Source: Nemertoderma westbladi
Lineage: Eukaryota > Animalia > Xenacoelomorpha
Direction of reading: 5' to 3'
Assembly: GCA_032718475.1 (NCBI GenBank)
Contig: JAUCBJ010007470.1
Coordinates: forward strand, 1-64,000
DNA length: 64,000 nucleotides
Part shown: positions 21,532 through 34,627 of the stretch, piece by piece
Numbering within the stretch: the stretch's first letter is position 1
Layout of the letters: each line of letters opens with the position of its first letter
Translations under genes and position numbers: made by a program
Notes under the pieces: model-generated
The model's input: the letters and a program-made list of their open reading frames with translations, nothing else
Databases searched by the model: none
What the model was told of the DNA's origin: nothing

Positions 21532-21875
21532 TAGTAGTAGTAGAAATGCAGTATTATATACTTTGGCATATTGGTTACATTTTAATTGAATTCCAAATCT
21601 CAACTACTGTATATTTATTTATCATCATTGATATATAAACAAAATATTCAATTGAATTTACATTCAATTTGTCTCGATAAGCAAACTTTTAAGAAATTTG
21701 GGGATGGTATTATTATGAAAATATTCCGTATTTTTATCCTTTCACCACATAATAATTGGTCCCGGGAACCTTACTTCTGTTGCATGAAGGCGATGTACGC
21801 TTATTACAGTATTATATTGAACTGATAGTTTAGTTACGGTACCGGTCAGCCGGTAACTGGATTCCTATTCCTGTA

Positions 21876-22810
21876 CCGGTGTCACAAGGAAATCACCCCC
21901 CCCTAGAATATGCCCCCCGGGGCATTATTTCCTAGGATATTATGTCCCCCCGGGCAATTTTTCCTAGGAAATTTAGCCCGGGGGGGCATTTTCTCCTTAG
22001 GAAATAATGCCTCCCCTCAGGAAAATTAGCCCCCCTCAAAAGTCTGAAAACTTGTACGATACCGGTCTGCTGGTAGCCACTTTTAATCTACCAACTGCAG
22101 AACTTGTAATAGTTGGAAGAATAGTACGGTACCGGTCTGCCGGTAGGTAAGCAGGTAAGGCAGTAAGGGATGTAGAACAGCATACTGAAGTATCTAAGTC
22201 AGTAGGCTACTGTACAGCTGTAGTAAGTACTGGTATAACAGCAGTGCGATGAGTGTGTGGTGTTGTGTGGGCGCCGAGCAGCTCCAAGCTTTTTTAAGTC
22301 TGTAACCTGCTCCTTTCCCTGATTTGGTAAAGTGATTGTTTATTGTTTTGGTTAGAAAATCCCGCCTCTGTAACCTGCTCCTTTCTCTCAATTGGTAATG
22401 TTATCGTTTATTGTTTTGGTTAGAAAATCCCGTCTCTGTAACATGCTCCTTTCCCTGATTTGCTAAAGTGACTGTTTATTGTTTTGGTTAGAAAATCCCG
22501 CCTCTGTAACCTGCTCCTTTCCCTCAATTAGTTAAATGATCGTTTATTGTTTTGGTTAGAAAGGCCTGCCTCTGTAACCTGCTCCTTTCCTTCATTTTGT
22601 AAAGTGACTGTTTACCGGTATTGTTTTGTATAATTTTTGTAAGTTTTAGTAGTAATAAGTTTTGTTTATTGTATAATTCAGGGGGGGCATAATTTCCTAA
22701 GGGGGGGCATTTTTTCCTAGGGAAATTTGCCCGGGGGGGGCATTTTTTCCTAGGAAAATATGCCCCCCCGGGCACATTTCCCGGGGCGGCATATTTTCCT
22801 GTTACACCGG
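21876..22810. mobile_element. MITE with TA TSD
   Basis: TA|CCGGTGTCACAAGGAAAT...ATTTTCCTGTTACACCGG|TA, with ttcctaggaa/ccccgggg subterminal repeats. Confidence 0.85.
22299..22615. repeat. 68-bp tandem repeat, about 5 copies, of a dispersed motif
   Basis: tctgtaacctgctcctttccct... at 22299, 22367, 22435, 22503, 22571. Confidence 0.9.
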
Positions 22811-23759
22811 TATAATTTTATTGTGATGGACGGGGGTATTTCTACCGCGGTAGTGATACAGGTAGTGACCACATGGTCCATGATTTTCTGAGACCAGTAG
22901 ACCCAGTAACACAGCAAAGAATGAAAGGCGACGCAAGGGATTGGTTTCACAATTACGACATGGAGTCAATGAAGCATTGGGATACATTAGATCCCAATGT
23001 GAGAACGAGAACACAAAGCCATCATCTACCGGTACCGGTAGTAATTCTACTGGTATTGGTTATTCAACTACGGTGACAATTCCACAATCGTTGAGGAGAG
23101 ACAGTAAGACTCAGACTACCGGTACCGGTACCGGTACCGATAAGTCTATTGGTAAACGTAAAGTCAATCTTCGGCATCGTTCTACAGGTGCAGGTCGACC
23201 TCAAGAAAAGAAAAAGATATGGGTTCCTTGAAATAATTATTTATAGATGAATTGTTTTCTGAATCAAATGGTGAAAACAAAGCTTTGAAACATTTAAAGA
23301 AAGCATACAATCGCAAAGCCTATGAGTTTGCTATAGTTGATAGCTACAGTACAATGAATCGATAGAACATTTCTCATCACTGGATACTTATTTGGATTTG
23401 GAAGCATCATGTGTTGTTGGTGGTACTCGCAGTTTGGTGTTGTTGGCATCAGCTAATCATAATAAACTACTACGCGATCTACAATGAGTGTTGATGCTAC
23501 CATTGTTGATGCTACAATAATGGATTCTGGGGATGAAACTAAAAAGTGTAATACTGATTCCACCAGTGAACCGATGGACAGAAATATTGAGTCGGAGATT
23601 GAAGTATGCAGTATCTTCAGTTACCTGAAGAAGCCCTGTTGGGTGAAAGCTCGTAACTGTTGTTACCCTTTCTTTTTTGGTCACCTGAGGTCTCCCAGAC
23701 ATTATCTCAACTTAATTATGATTACTACGGTGACGAGAGCGCGACAATTTCTTAATCAA

Positions 23760-24165
23760 TGAACGCGTTATTGGGGCTTTCACGACGCGCAGCACGAGAC
23801 TCGGTTAACCTGAGAAACCTGTGTTCCCGAGTAGGACTACTTGTTTCTGTTTGCTCTACTATTTCGTTAGCTTGCCGACTTGTTCTACTTAAGCAATGCT
23901 CATACTGTAGGACAATATCTGAAATATCTTACAACATTTCAGATGAATCTGATGGTTGGTTCTATAATTACAGCAACATTCTTCTACGTTTATGTCAATT
24001 TGCCCTCAAGCGGCAGACCGAGGAACTATAGAGGCTGTCTGTGTGTACAATTTCGAAACCTTTTACAGACCACATGTTTTCCAAGTTTGGTTTAAATTCA
24101 TCAAAGGAATGACTGAGTTATTATCGATGAAAAATTTACGACGACAGACGACGACGGCAGAAATC
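23760..24165 (-). mobile_element. Non-autonomous Helitron/Helentron-like repeat
   Basis: Inverted homolog of 52140-52605, with gtc microsatellite and aaacttgg..acat motif. Confidence 0.55.
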
Positions 24166-25174
24166 TCAGTTAATGGTACCCATATGCTAAGGATCTCTTA
24201 CTTCGTAGCTCGACCCACAGTAGTATAGCAGTAGCTTCTCGACTGTGGGATAAATAGTACAGGCCAGGGCGTCAGTTTAGGACTCATTGGCCTAATTCCT
24301 ACAGTTCTTGTGCCATCTGATAACAAATACATTTTCTAGAAATTTTGGTATTATTATGAGATATAGAATTTCCAGCAAAACTACGCCGGACATGGCTCTA
24401 ACAATTGTAGGGAACAATCCGTGTTATTGAAACAGTGGATGGGACTCCAAGGTAATGTAGTAATGTAAATTAATAGTTACAAACTTTTTAATTTATAAAG
24501 TTTGAAAAATGAAAAATGTCTCAAGCTACATGTTACAAGGTAACATATAATGTAATTTACACCATGCATGCCACGGAATATACTACAGTAGTGTTGTAAT
24601 TCAGTAGCTGTTCCAAATTTCTTCTACAAATCTTAATGAGATTGTATGCAATTTGAAACAGAGATAGTTTTACCTCCCTCCTCCTTCCTGGGTGATACAT
24701 AATTTTTATTTTTGACTTCAATCTTTTTAGCTACAAGTGTACGAAAATGGTGTCTCAGTCGATATTGCACCAGTTACACCGCAGTTATTCATCAACTATT
24801 TTGTTGGTACCGATTGAAAGCTGGCCATACAAGGATTCCAAATAATGTATAATTTAGTTGGGAAATAACTGAGATATATTAATTTGCATTCCCCGAAGTC
24901 ATTAATTTGATTAAATAAATACCCAACATTATGGAACATGATATTCCACGCAAGTACAGTTGCTGGGCAACGATGCAACTTTTTGTAGTTCTAGTAAAAT
25001 TGCATTAATTATTAGATTATCATCAGAACAAACATTATAATTAAATAGAGATAGATACATGTCAAAATGTATACCTTTGAATTTTGATAATATCGCAGGA
25101 AGTTATAGGTTAAATTGAAAACGATTTTCCGATTCGGAATCTGCAGATGAAGGCGGTTCTAATAATATCTAGAT

Positions 25175-26200
25175 AAGAATATCAGTCCCAACGAGTTCCA
25201 TAATAGCCTAGCACTCCGCTATGGCCTCTTTCCACCGGGCCACCCGACTAATTGCAAAGGCTGTGGCGGGCACTTCACCACATCTCATGCCCTCAGCTGT
25301 AAATCTGGGGGCCTGGTGATAAAACGCCACGACGAACTGCGCGAGGTATTCGGGGATCTCATGGCTTCTGCATTTGGCACTTCTAGTGTGGAGCGTGGGG
25401 TTACACTTTCCCCGGGCTACCTCTATGAGGAGGGCAACACAGTCGGTGGAGTTCGCGCCGACCTGGTCAGCCGGGGGGGTCTGGGGAAATCAACAGGTTG
25501 CGTCGTTCGACATTGCGGTAATCAACCCTGACGCAACTTCGTATATCCAGGCCAACCGGTCGACAGAGTCCCTCCTGGAGCAGCGGGCACGCCAGAAGAA
25601 GTCGCACTACCATGTTGTATGTGAAGACAGGCGCATGGCCTTCACACCACTAGTTCAGTAGGTACCACCGACGGAGTGTGGTGCACAGAAGCCAAGATCC
25701 TCATCCGACACCTGGCTGAAACCCTCGTGGCTAGACGGGAATCAATGAGGAACCGAGGATTCGCCTGCATCCTGGGTGGAGTGCATCGGAGACTGGAATT
25801 TGCCCTCCTGCGATCAAGCTCCCTCTGTCTTCGAGGTGGACGGCGTTCCTGGCGCGGACTCGGATTCGGGGATGGCTCCGGATTGAGGGGAACCACGTCG
25901 ATATGAAGACCCAACCGACTGCGGGATTCGGTCAGGACTGGGCCAGCGACGAGTGGGCGGCTATGACACCTTCCGCCGCAGTTGCGCCCACTACCCTCGG
26001 CTGGAGGCGCCAGTGATTGGGGCGGGGCCAACAAGGCGTGGCGATTGGTGGGACGAACGGGGAACGGCGGTGGAGAAACTGTTGAGTGGAACTTTGGTGA
26101 AATGTTATTGTCTGGCGTCCTTACTAATTAATTATTGTGCTATTGATTTAGTTTCATTATACTATATTATATTAAGGTTCTTAAATATAATAAATGTCGG
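25175..26200 (+). mobile_element. 5'-truncated CRE-clade non-LTR retrotransposon (CCHC finger plus RLE endonuclease), frameshifted
   Basis: CKGCGGHFTTSHALSC, KRHDELR, RADLV, FDIAV, KKSHY..C, FTPLV. 13-bp TSD ATAATATCTAGAT at 25162 and 26201. Confidence 0.85.
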
Positions 26201-26798
26201 ATAATATCTAGATTACATCCCAAAGACGAAAAATAAATCGAACAGAGATGGTTAAATATTGGGTACTGTTGTGTTTTAGGTACATCCCCCTCACCAATTT
26301 TGTTGGCACATTTCTTTACTTAGGACAGTTCAAGTATCTAGTCAACAACGCTTCGTTCCTTATTCGTAATTTGTACAGAATTCGTCATTTCAGTTAATAT
26401 ACTGTAACTGCGAATGTTCGCCTATTGTTGAAATATTAGCTAGGTCTTTAAACAAATATCGAAATATCAGTGGTAAAGTGATTTGTCTACAACTGTCGAA
26501 AGTTGATACAATTAGATAAAATTTTAATACTGTACCTTCTGGAAATGTTTCACTTTGACAATGACACGGAATTCATGTGTGTTAAATTATTTACTCTCGA
26601 ATTTTGACGTACATAGTTACTGGAGTTTAGAACGCCTTGATTTCGGCTTCTGTGATAATTTTAATTGGTGCCTACATTTTATTACTCAACATGATCCTGC
26701 GAATTTCTTTCGAGGAAAGAGGATTCTTAAAAACTTGGTTAAAGAAATATAAAATAACTCAGTAGTTTTCATGAGAGGCAGATCTTAGATGCTAAGAT

Positions 26799-29700
26799 AT
26801 GCCGCACATTCGCAATTTTATCTACATTTTATTTATGATCTCAACAGGCATGATATGGAAAGGAAAATATCATGAAGTTCGTTGTCAAAAGGCCCCCACC
26901 GCCAGGGATAATGGTGTCAAACTTTACAAAGATATGTCTGTTTTCCGTATACCTATGATAAGACCAAAACAAGCCCAGGTGGGCCAATTAGATCTAAAAG
27001 TTTATATGGAGGTATTTGAGGTTGTAGATGTTAATTTAAAGGATCAGATTTGGACTGTGAGTTTGTCTACGAGGTTCTCCTGGGAAACGGAATTCTATAC
27101 GTGGAATCCATTGGACTATTCTGGAATCAACAAGGTGCGGATACACACCCAGGATATATGGCGTCCGAGAATGTACATGGGAGGTCTAATAGAAGGCAAT
27201 GAGCAAGACTTAGGCATATTAGTCTACGCAGTGAGTAAAATACGTAAATATAAAGTTCATTAAATGAACAAGTGTAAATTGAACAAAAAAAGTCGTCACA
27301 CGATCATGTCAATTTTTTCGAAAGTTATTTATTTTTCGAAATAAGATTACGTAGATACCTAAAAGTTGCATGCAATAGACACCTAATATATGCCTATTGT
27401 TATGCATACAGGTACAGAAAGTATTGCCACACTGGGTTATTTACTTCCCGGGTGGAACTAGGGGAATTACAAGTAAACAAAGTTACCTGTCAAGATGTTA
27501 TGTTTTGTAAAGTTGGATTTCTCGAAGACCTACTGTTGTACTGCTGTATCGTACAGTACTGTATGTTCAGCAAACTTGCAGCATATAGGACTGCTGATTC
27601 CATTCGAAGTCTTATGGGGTGTCCTTCAGGGTGACACACTTGCACAATTCTTATTCGTAAATGTGGTTGACTACTGTATGTTCTACGCATGTCCTTAGAC
27701 TATCTTAATAAAGATGGGGTGCTGGTAACACCCCCTACTGGCACAGGAAGTAGAGGAAATCCAGCAAAGTGCCTGTCTGATCTAGACTTTGCTGATGACT
27801 TAGGCGTCGTCAGAATCACTAGAGGTAGCCCAAAGGCTTCTCTGCTCATTGGAGCAGGTTGCTTCGAGTGTTGGTCTTTTTGTAAATTCCAAGAAGACCA
27901 AAATCATGACAGTGAACCTAGACAGCTCTCAAGAAATGTCTGATCGTAAGGGCTAAGCTCTAGGGAGGGACGGCTTGCTTGAGCATGTGGATGACTACAG
28001 CTACTTGAGATCATGGATACGAAGGTCAGGTGAACACCTTCGGATGTGTAACGAGAAGGCATGGGCTGCGTTAAATAGTCTCTCCAGGATTTGGAAGTCT
28101 CGTAGAATAAAACGGAACTTTCAGGTTCGATTATTTACGGCAGCAGTAGTAGGCCTACCAGTACTCTTATAATATGCTGGGTTCTAATTGCCGAGGATAC
28201 CAAATCTCTGGATGGTACATTCTCAAGAATGCTGCGCCGTGTCCATTTTGTCAAGTACAATGAACACATCTCCAATCAGACTCTATAGCATATTGGAGGT
28301 GTTCCATTAGTCTCCACAAGCTTGACACTTGAACAGAACCGCCTCCGCTTTACAGGACATTGCTTTCGCCGTGAGGACCAGCCAGTCGGTGTCCGGACAA
28401 TTGTCCGGATCGCAATCGTCTGGACACTGTAGGCCTATATTTATTTAATTATACTCATTTTAATTACTTAAGCTAAATTTTACCATTTGTAGGACGAAGT
28501 CGACCCCACATTATTATCAATCCTGTATTCTGGAATTATTTTATATTAATTGTACTAATTAATTAAACTGTAATTACTGTAGCTATACTGTATTTTATGT
28601 ACTGTACAGTAGCTACATTTTAACATTGAGAGCTGTTATGCCCAAAATTATTTGCAATTACAGTATATATTCTGGAATGCTTTACAATTACAAATTAATT
28701 GTTTTAACTGTTGCTCCAAAAATTAGCAGTGCCTACTGTGCGTATATTGTTAACATTGTTTGTTCATACATTATTTATTGCTCTTATTGTTGTTTATTTT
28801 ATATTTAATAATTTTTTACTAGCTATTGATATAAGAAATTTGAAATCTAGAATGTTGTACAAAAAACTAATTATTTATGATTTGTAATGACCTATGATTT
28901 ACATTACATCGTTTTTTTTTATCTGCGATCCCTACTATTACTCGAGTCAATCTAGCAAGAAACCCATAAGTATTTCGCAATCAATCCGAACCACACATTT
29001 TGGATTCTATATTACCTTATTAATGACCAAAAAAAAGTCTATAAAAATTTATTTTGCGGATCATATTATGTTTATTCATGGAAATTCTGCGTAAATTTGC
29101 ATAACACAAGCCAAAAAAAAGGAACAGTAGGGAAAAGTAAGTAGCAAATTGGTGATGTTCCAGAATAATTTAATTATTTCACAATAAGCTGTGATTCAAT
29201 GGGATATTAGTAATATTTACACTGGCGTGTTACACATTAATTATATCTCGGAAACTACAAGTCGCATCAAATTTTTAAATATATCTACAACTTCACGATA
29301 TATTAAGGTAACCGTTGTAAAAAAATTATACAATTCCACTGCAAGTAAATTTCATAATTTCCATTAATGTTAATGACGATTTTTCACATAATTAAATTGT
29401 GATTGCTCTATTGATTTTAGGTGTAATTTAGTTATTTGTTTTAATTTGAAAACCACAATAGTTTATCATATAACAGTGTAAAGAAAGGTCCTTATATTGT
29501 ACCAGCAAAATTGGTATTAAAAATGGTTAAATTATTACACAAATTTCCGTTGCTCTGGAAACTAAATTGGTAACTATATAGAAGTGCATACTTCAGTCAA
29601 TCGATAGTCATTAGAGTAAAGTTTGTCTGTACCAAATTTGGAGAAAATCCCACCAATAGACCCCTTGACCCTTGTTGCTATGTAAAATCCATGTTGCTAA

Positions 29701-32700
29701 GGAAAGAAACCGGAAATTGAAGGTGATCAGCAAAATATATTTTTATAGACTTTTTTTGAGGGTATTAACAAGGTAATGTAGAATAAAATAAAATTTGGTT
29801 TGGATGAATTGCGAATTTGTTATGGGTTGACCCCCTTTTTCGGCTAGATTGACTCGCCTATATTGCGACCCGGACAATTGCGACCGATTATTTTAGAAAA
29901 AGTTGTTGGTTCGCAATTGTCCGGGTCGCAATTGTCCTAACGCATAATCTTGTGCTTTGGCAGCGTCATGGAGTGAATAAGCATGGTGGACAGCCAATGA
30001 CTTTCTTGAGACGCATCTTAACACTGGCCTTGAAAATGCGGATGATCTAGCAAGTAATTTTTTCGACAAACCGGCACAACATTCTTAATATATATGTAAT
30101 ATATATAATGCCGCTGCAGGATAGTATGTAGTAGTACAGTACAGTACTATGTAGTACTGAAGTACAGATTAGGCCTACTGTATAATAATAATTATTTATT
30201 GATGATAAAATATGTAGAACATTATTTTGAGTATATTCGAGTTATTTTATTTACCAAGCATAGCGAGGTTAATTCATGTTAAGTGAAGTCATGTTAGCTA
30301 CTGCTAGGTAATAAAATTATATTCTTGAAGAACATTTTTTTTGTTCTAGAACATTTTAAAAATTTGACAAATTTTATAATAACTTATTTATTATGTGTTT
30401 CTGTTTATACACATGTTTATTATGTATTACCGGTATATATTATCGCGCAACGAAGGAGCTTCTATGCGCGTTTACAGAAGTGCAAACAGCATTTTATCAA
30501 TGTTCCTCACCATTAATTTAATTAATTGTAGCGTCAAAGGCCGCGCAAGACTCTCCGCTTTCAATTGATATAGGCCACATTTATATATTTCAAATGATTG
30601 AGATTTAATTTGTTTTGAATAATGGATCGAATATCACTATCCATAACTGTAGAAACCAAGATAAGAAATTATCTGAGCACTGCGTTGTGACGTCAAATCT
30701 GTAGCAGCCAATCACAGCCGATTTTCAAAATTGGCTTCCCGGGCTTACTTAATTAAACCCGCCATTTCGACCGTTTCCACGTGTTTTTACAAAAAACACA
30801 CCCCGCCACTCGACTCGATTCAGGGCATCTTGTTACCCCTTATTCGATTGTTTCTAGCCCAACAATTTTTTCGATCACCAACCCTATTATTACATTACAT
30901 TTTTGTCATTGCGGATGATGTATAGGCTAATTAATCAGAAAATAAAATATTAATAATTAATATTGTAAATCTAATATTTACTGTACATTGGTTAAATATT
31001 GTAATTATAAATTACATTGGAAGAATTCAATAGCTAAATCTCAACTGAAAACAATGCAAAAGAATTGAGAATAATGTATAGGCCTGGTGGATTGTTTAAC
31101 GTGTTTTCTATGGAATGAGTTAAAATAATAAAATAATGTTCTATTTTAATTTTAAAATAAAGTAGGCCTAATAATTACCCGAACCTACTGTACCACATCT
31201 TAGGTGATTCACCTAATTACTTTTAGAATGGAAATGTTGAGTGGACCTTGAATGGAGTTTATACGTTGACATGCGAACTTATTGCAACTATATTTCCTTT
31301 CGATGACCAAATATTGAGGTTGGCATGGAAACTAAACGACGAAGAAGCCAAATACGTTCGGTTTGTAAAAGACAATGCGTCACCTTATATGGGATTTTTT
31401 AAAAAGAATAAAGAATGGCGTGTCCTTATGGGAGAAGTTAAGGATGTAATGGAAGTGTCTGGTAAGTTTATCATTACTTCGTACTGTACATGCATATTAT
31501 AGATTAACCCTTTCCACCCTATTGTATACATTTTGTATACATTACTTTTAACAACTTCATTTATGCTTCGGATCACTTAATACATTTTACTTTAGTAGCA
31601 TCTTTCATCCTTATAATCTATTGTTTCCATTTCATCTGCAATGTTGTGGGTTTAAGCAGGTTTGAAGCCCCCATGATGTGGAATGTCCCTTAACCGTGAA
31701 GTCGGTCAGCCCGGTCAGCAGGCCTTGACGGATATGTACTGATATATTATATTAATTGTAGGCGCTATACTCTAATTTTGGAAAGCCATTAGCTTTATGA
31801 TATATAGCTTTAGATTGTATTCTGAGGCGAAGGTTGAAGGCGGGGGGGGGGGGGGGGGTGGTTACTAATTAGTACAGAGATACATTATTAGAAAAAAACA
31901 TTAAGGGATTGGGCCGCATTTCTTGTAGCCTAAGAAGCCCTGAGAAGCAGCAGGCAGAAAGTTGTTGGCCCCATATTTTAGCCTGCTGGAGGCACCTAAA
32001 CTATAACATGTTGATATTTATATTTTACAGAAGGAAACATTGAGCTTACAAGCATTGTTCTTATGATACCTGTCTGTCGACATCCAACCATGTATTTCCT
32101 TCACCTGATTCTACCCAGTCTACTCATGTTTCTACTCAACTTCATAGTATTTTTCCTGCCGGTGGAATCGGGCGAGAAGTTAGCGTTTTGCACTACAATA
32201 TATTTCTGCCAACAGATAACAATGATGATCGTAACAGATCTCACCCCTTCAACGTCGCGCTACTATCCACTTATAGGGACGCTGTGATACGCAAATATAA
32301 TCATATTAACCAAAGTGAAAGAATAAATTATCATTTGAAAGGTATTCATAGGCTGACAGGCACCCAATCGATCGTAGTGAAATTTTTCTAAACACGGAAT
32401 AGAATTCCGTTAACTGAAAAAATCACTTTTACCGCGTCATAACACTTTCACATCAAATTTAAATGCCATAATTGTCGTATTCTACCATTTTGACGTTTAT
32501 ATTGAGGTTAAATCTTCTGAGGTTCTTCAAGGTCGTCTTTAACGATATATATCTCTCATAGTTTTAGCTCTTTATTTATAGTGTGGGTTACAAAAAACTG
32601 AGGACGCAATTTTATAAAATTGGTACTTTCTGGAAAGTATCTCCGTAACATCTTGCATCAATTTTTGTTCATTTCAAATGTTTATTAAAAAAATGGAACT

Positions 32701-33352
32701 ACAATAGTTACGGCAGAAAACAAAGTTGCTAAAGGCTGATTGGCCAATTAATTTTAAAGAAATATTCCGAACTATTTCAATTCGGAAATAAATTGTACAT
32801 AAAACATTATTATTCAACACAATAAGATTCACATATTTGCATACCACGATATCTTAACCAGGCTACCTGTTTCTTATACAAGTCTGCGTTATTCTCGCAT
32901 CTATGCTTATTGGAGTAGCTGCCGAACGAATCTCCTTTATTTCGCACACACCACGCGGACATCTCCCATTGTGGGTGCTACGATTGCTAGTGGACAGATT
33001 ATCGTCGTACGTTTGTATCAACCAACTGGTGCCGCTAGAGTGGTGGAGACAACTGGAGCGAGCCGAGTCCGCTTTGGAAACACCGCCGCTGTCACCGCTG
33101 GAGAACTTGGATGTGAATCTAAACTACTTCACTGATTTCGAGATCGAAGCAGGGCAGTTTGTATCGCGGCTGGACCTAGAGGACAAGAGGACGTCTGTCA
33201 AAGACACTATCGACTTGCAATGTCAGTTCTCGGCCAAGGTGCTCGATAGGTTGAGTTCGTTGGTTATTGGGGTGGTGATCGCGTTTACCAGTATGTTTGT
33301 CGGTATTCGATTGGGTAATACCTACAAATCAGAGTGTATGTCTAAGGAGTAG
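26799..33352 (+). CDS. Divergent pentameric ligand-gated ion channel subunit (nAChR-like, cation-type), about 467 aa: exons 26799-27230, 31227-31461, 32031-32276, 32862-33352
   Basis: Motifs DVNLKDQ, WNPLDYSGI, IWRP, CELIATIFPFDDQ, M1 LILPS, FFLPVESGEK, TPSTS..PLIG, M3 and AKVLDR M4. Exon phases fit, but donor 3 reads GG. Confidence 0.85.
27590..30110 (+). mobile_element. Degenerate RTE LINE in intron 1, interrupted by nested MITEs (about 28387-29941)
   Basis: GVLQGDTLA, DLDFADDL, SRIWKS; homologous to 63180-64000. Confidence 0.8.
28941..29858. mobile_element. MITE with about 120-bp TIRs and TA flanks
   Basis: cgagtcaatctagc...gctagattgactcgcc|ta. Confidence 0.75.
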
Positions 33353-33403
33353 TGATACTAATGGATTTGTTTTTAATACTCATTATTAGTATAAGAATTT
33401 ATA

Positions 33404-33506
33404 CGGTCAATGTAATTGGTCGGTGAATTTGATTGGTCGGTCAATGTGATTGGTCGGTCAATGTGATTGGTCTGTCAATGTGATTGGACGGTGAATGTGA
33501 TTGGAC
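33404..33506. repeat. 17-bp tandem repeat x6, each containing ATTGG (CCAAT)
   Basis: cggtcaatgtgattggt units. Confidence 0.85.
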
Positions 33507-34627
33507 ATTTATAACGCGAAATACATTTATATGCTAAGAAAGCGATGTGGAAAGTTTTACAGAAGAAAATTTTTTTGGCGAAAAGTTACTTTCTTTGTTT
33601 ACAATGTCAACATCAATAATTAGGTTACCTAGTTTACAAACAACGTATTTACCAGTATATACGTAATATATACTAAACATTGTAGTCAACAAGTAGTACG
33701 TACGCTTTAAAAAATATACCAAAACGCCAATGGAATTATCTTTCTCTATGTTGTTTCACAATTATTAATACGCACCTCATCACCATCCGAAAGACATTAT
33801 ATTATTATTATTATTAATAAGCGGCACTGCAAAGTGGAAGTGGTTCTACGATACGTTTAAAACCTTCGATTTAGCTACAATTTCATTCATTAAACACCTA
33901 CGGCAACCTGTAATATCAAGTCATTACTTCCACAACATTTACTAACGAACAATGGGGGGAGTGTCAGCCTAAAACAGGTCATCATGATATATAACTGTAT
34001 CAAAACACAGAAAATATGATTACAAAACAACCCAATTATTAAAGCAATTCCCAGTGAATGTTCAACAAGTATTTATTATATAACATTCTCGCCACCATCC
34101 AATATTAATTTTAATATTATCGTAGTTTTACTATAACTAGATAGTTCGATCTGATATTTCAATTTAACTTCAACCAAAATATATAAAAAACTACACCCAG
34201 CGACACAGACAGAATTTAATAAAGTTATTAAATAATTTCACACATTGAGAACGCAAAAAAGTATATATATAACTCACTGATAAAAGTACCGGACGGACAA
34301 ATAGTTAGCAATAATGTGAACAGAAATTCAACGAATTTAGATAATAATATAGAACAAACGATAATGTAGCTATTAATATATACCATAAACCAAACTGTAA
34401 TATATATATATATATATAGGCCTGTATAAAAACTGGAAAATTCAGATTATTAATTCTTAAATATGGCATACCGGTATATTATACAAGAAAATATTGTTAT
34501 AAGTTGAATATTAAAAGTATTTGGTATTCTAAACCCGGAAGTCGAATAAAACATTTCCAACTGTTAACTTCCTGAGTATTTCTGTCTGTGTCGCCGGTGT
34601 ATGATCAGCCGTTAACGAAACTCCGCC

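Larger units (their letters stand above)
1950..21543 (+). mobile_element. RTE-clade non-LTR retrotransposon, split by an LTR element (5' boundary approximate)
   Basis: APE domain at 2446-3368 and RT domain at 19410-21531 join in frame once 3369-19409 is removed (LSLRAS|KPRTSKQINYDWEKL). (TAG)n tail at 21529-21543. Confidence 0.93.
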
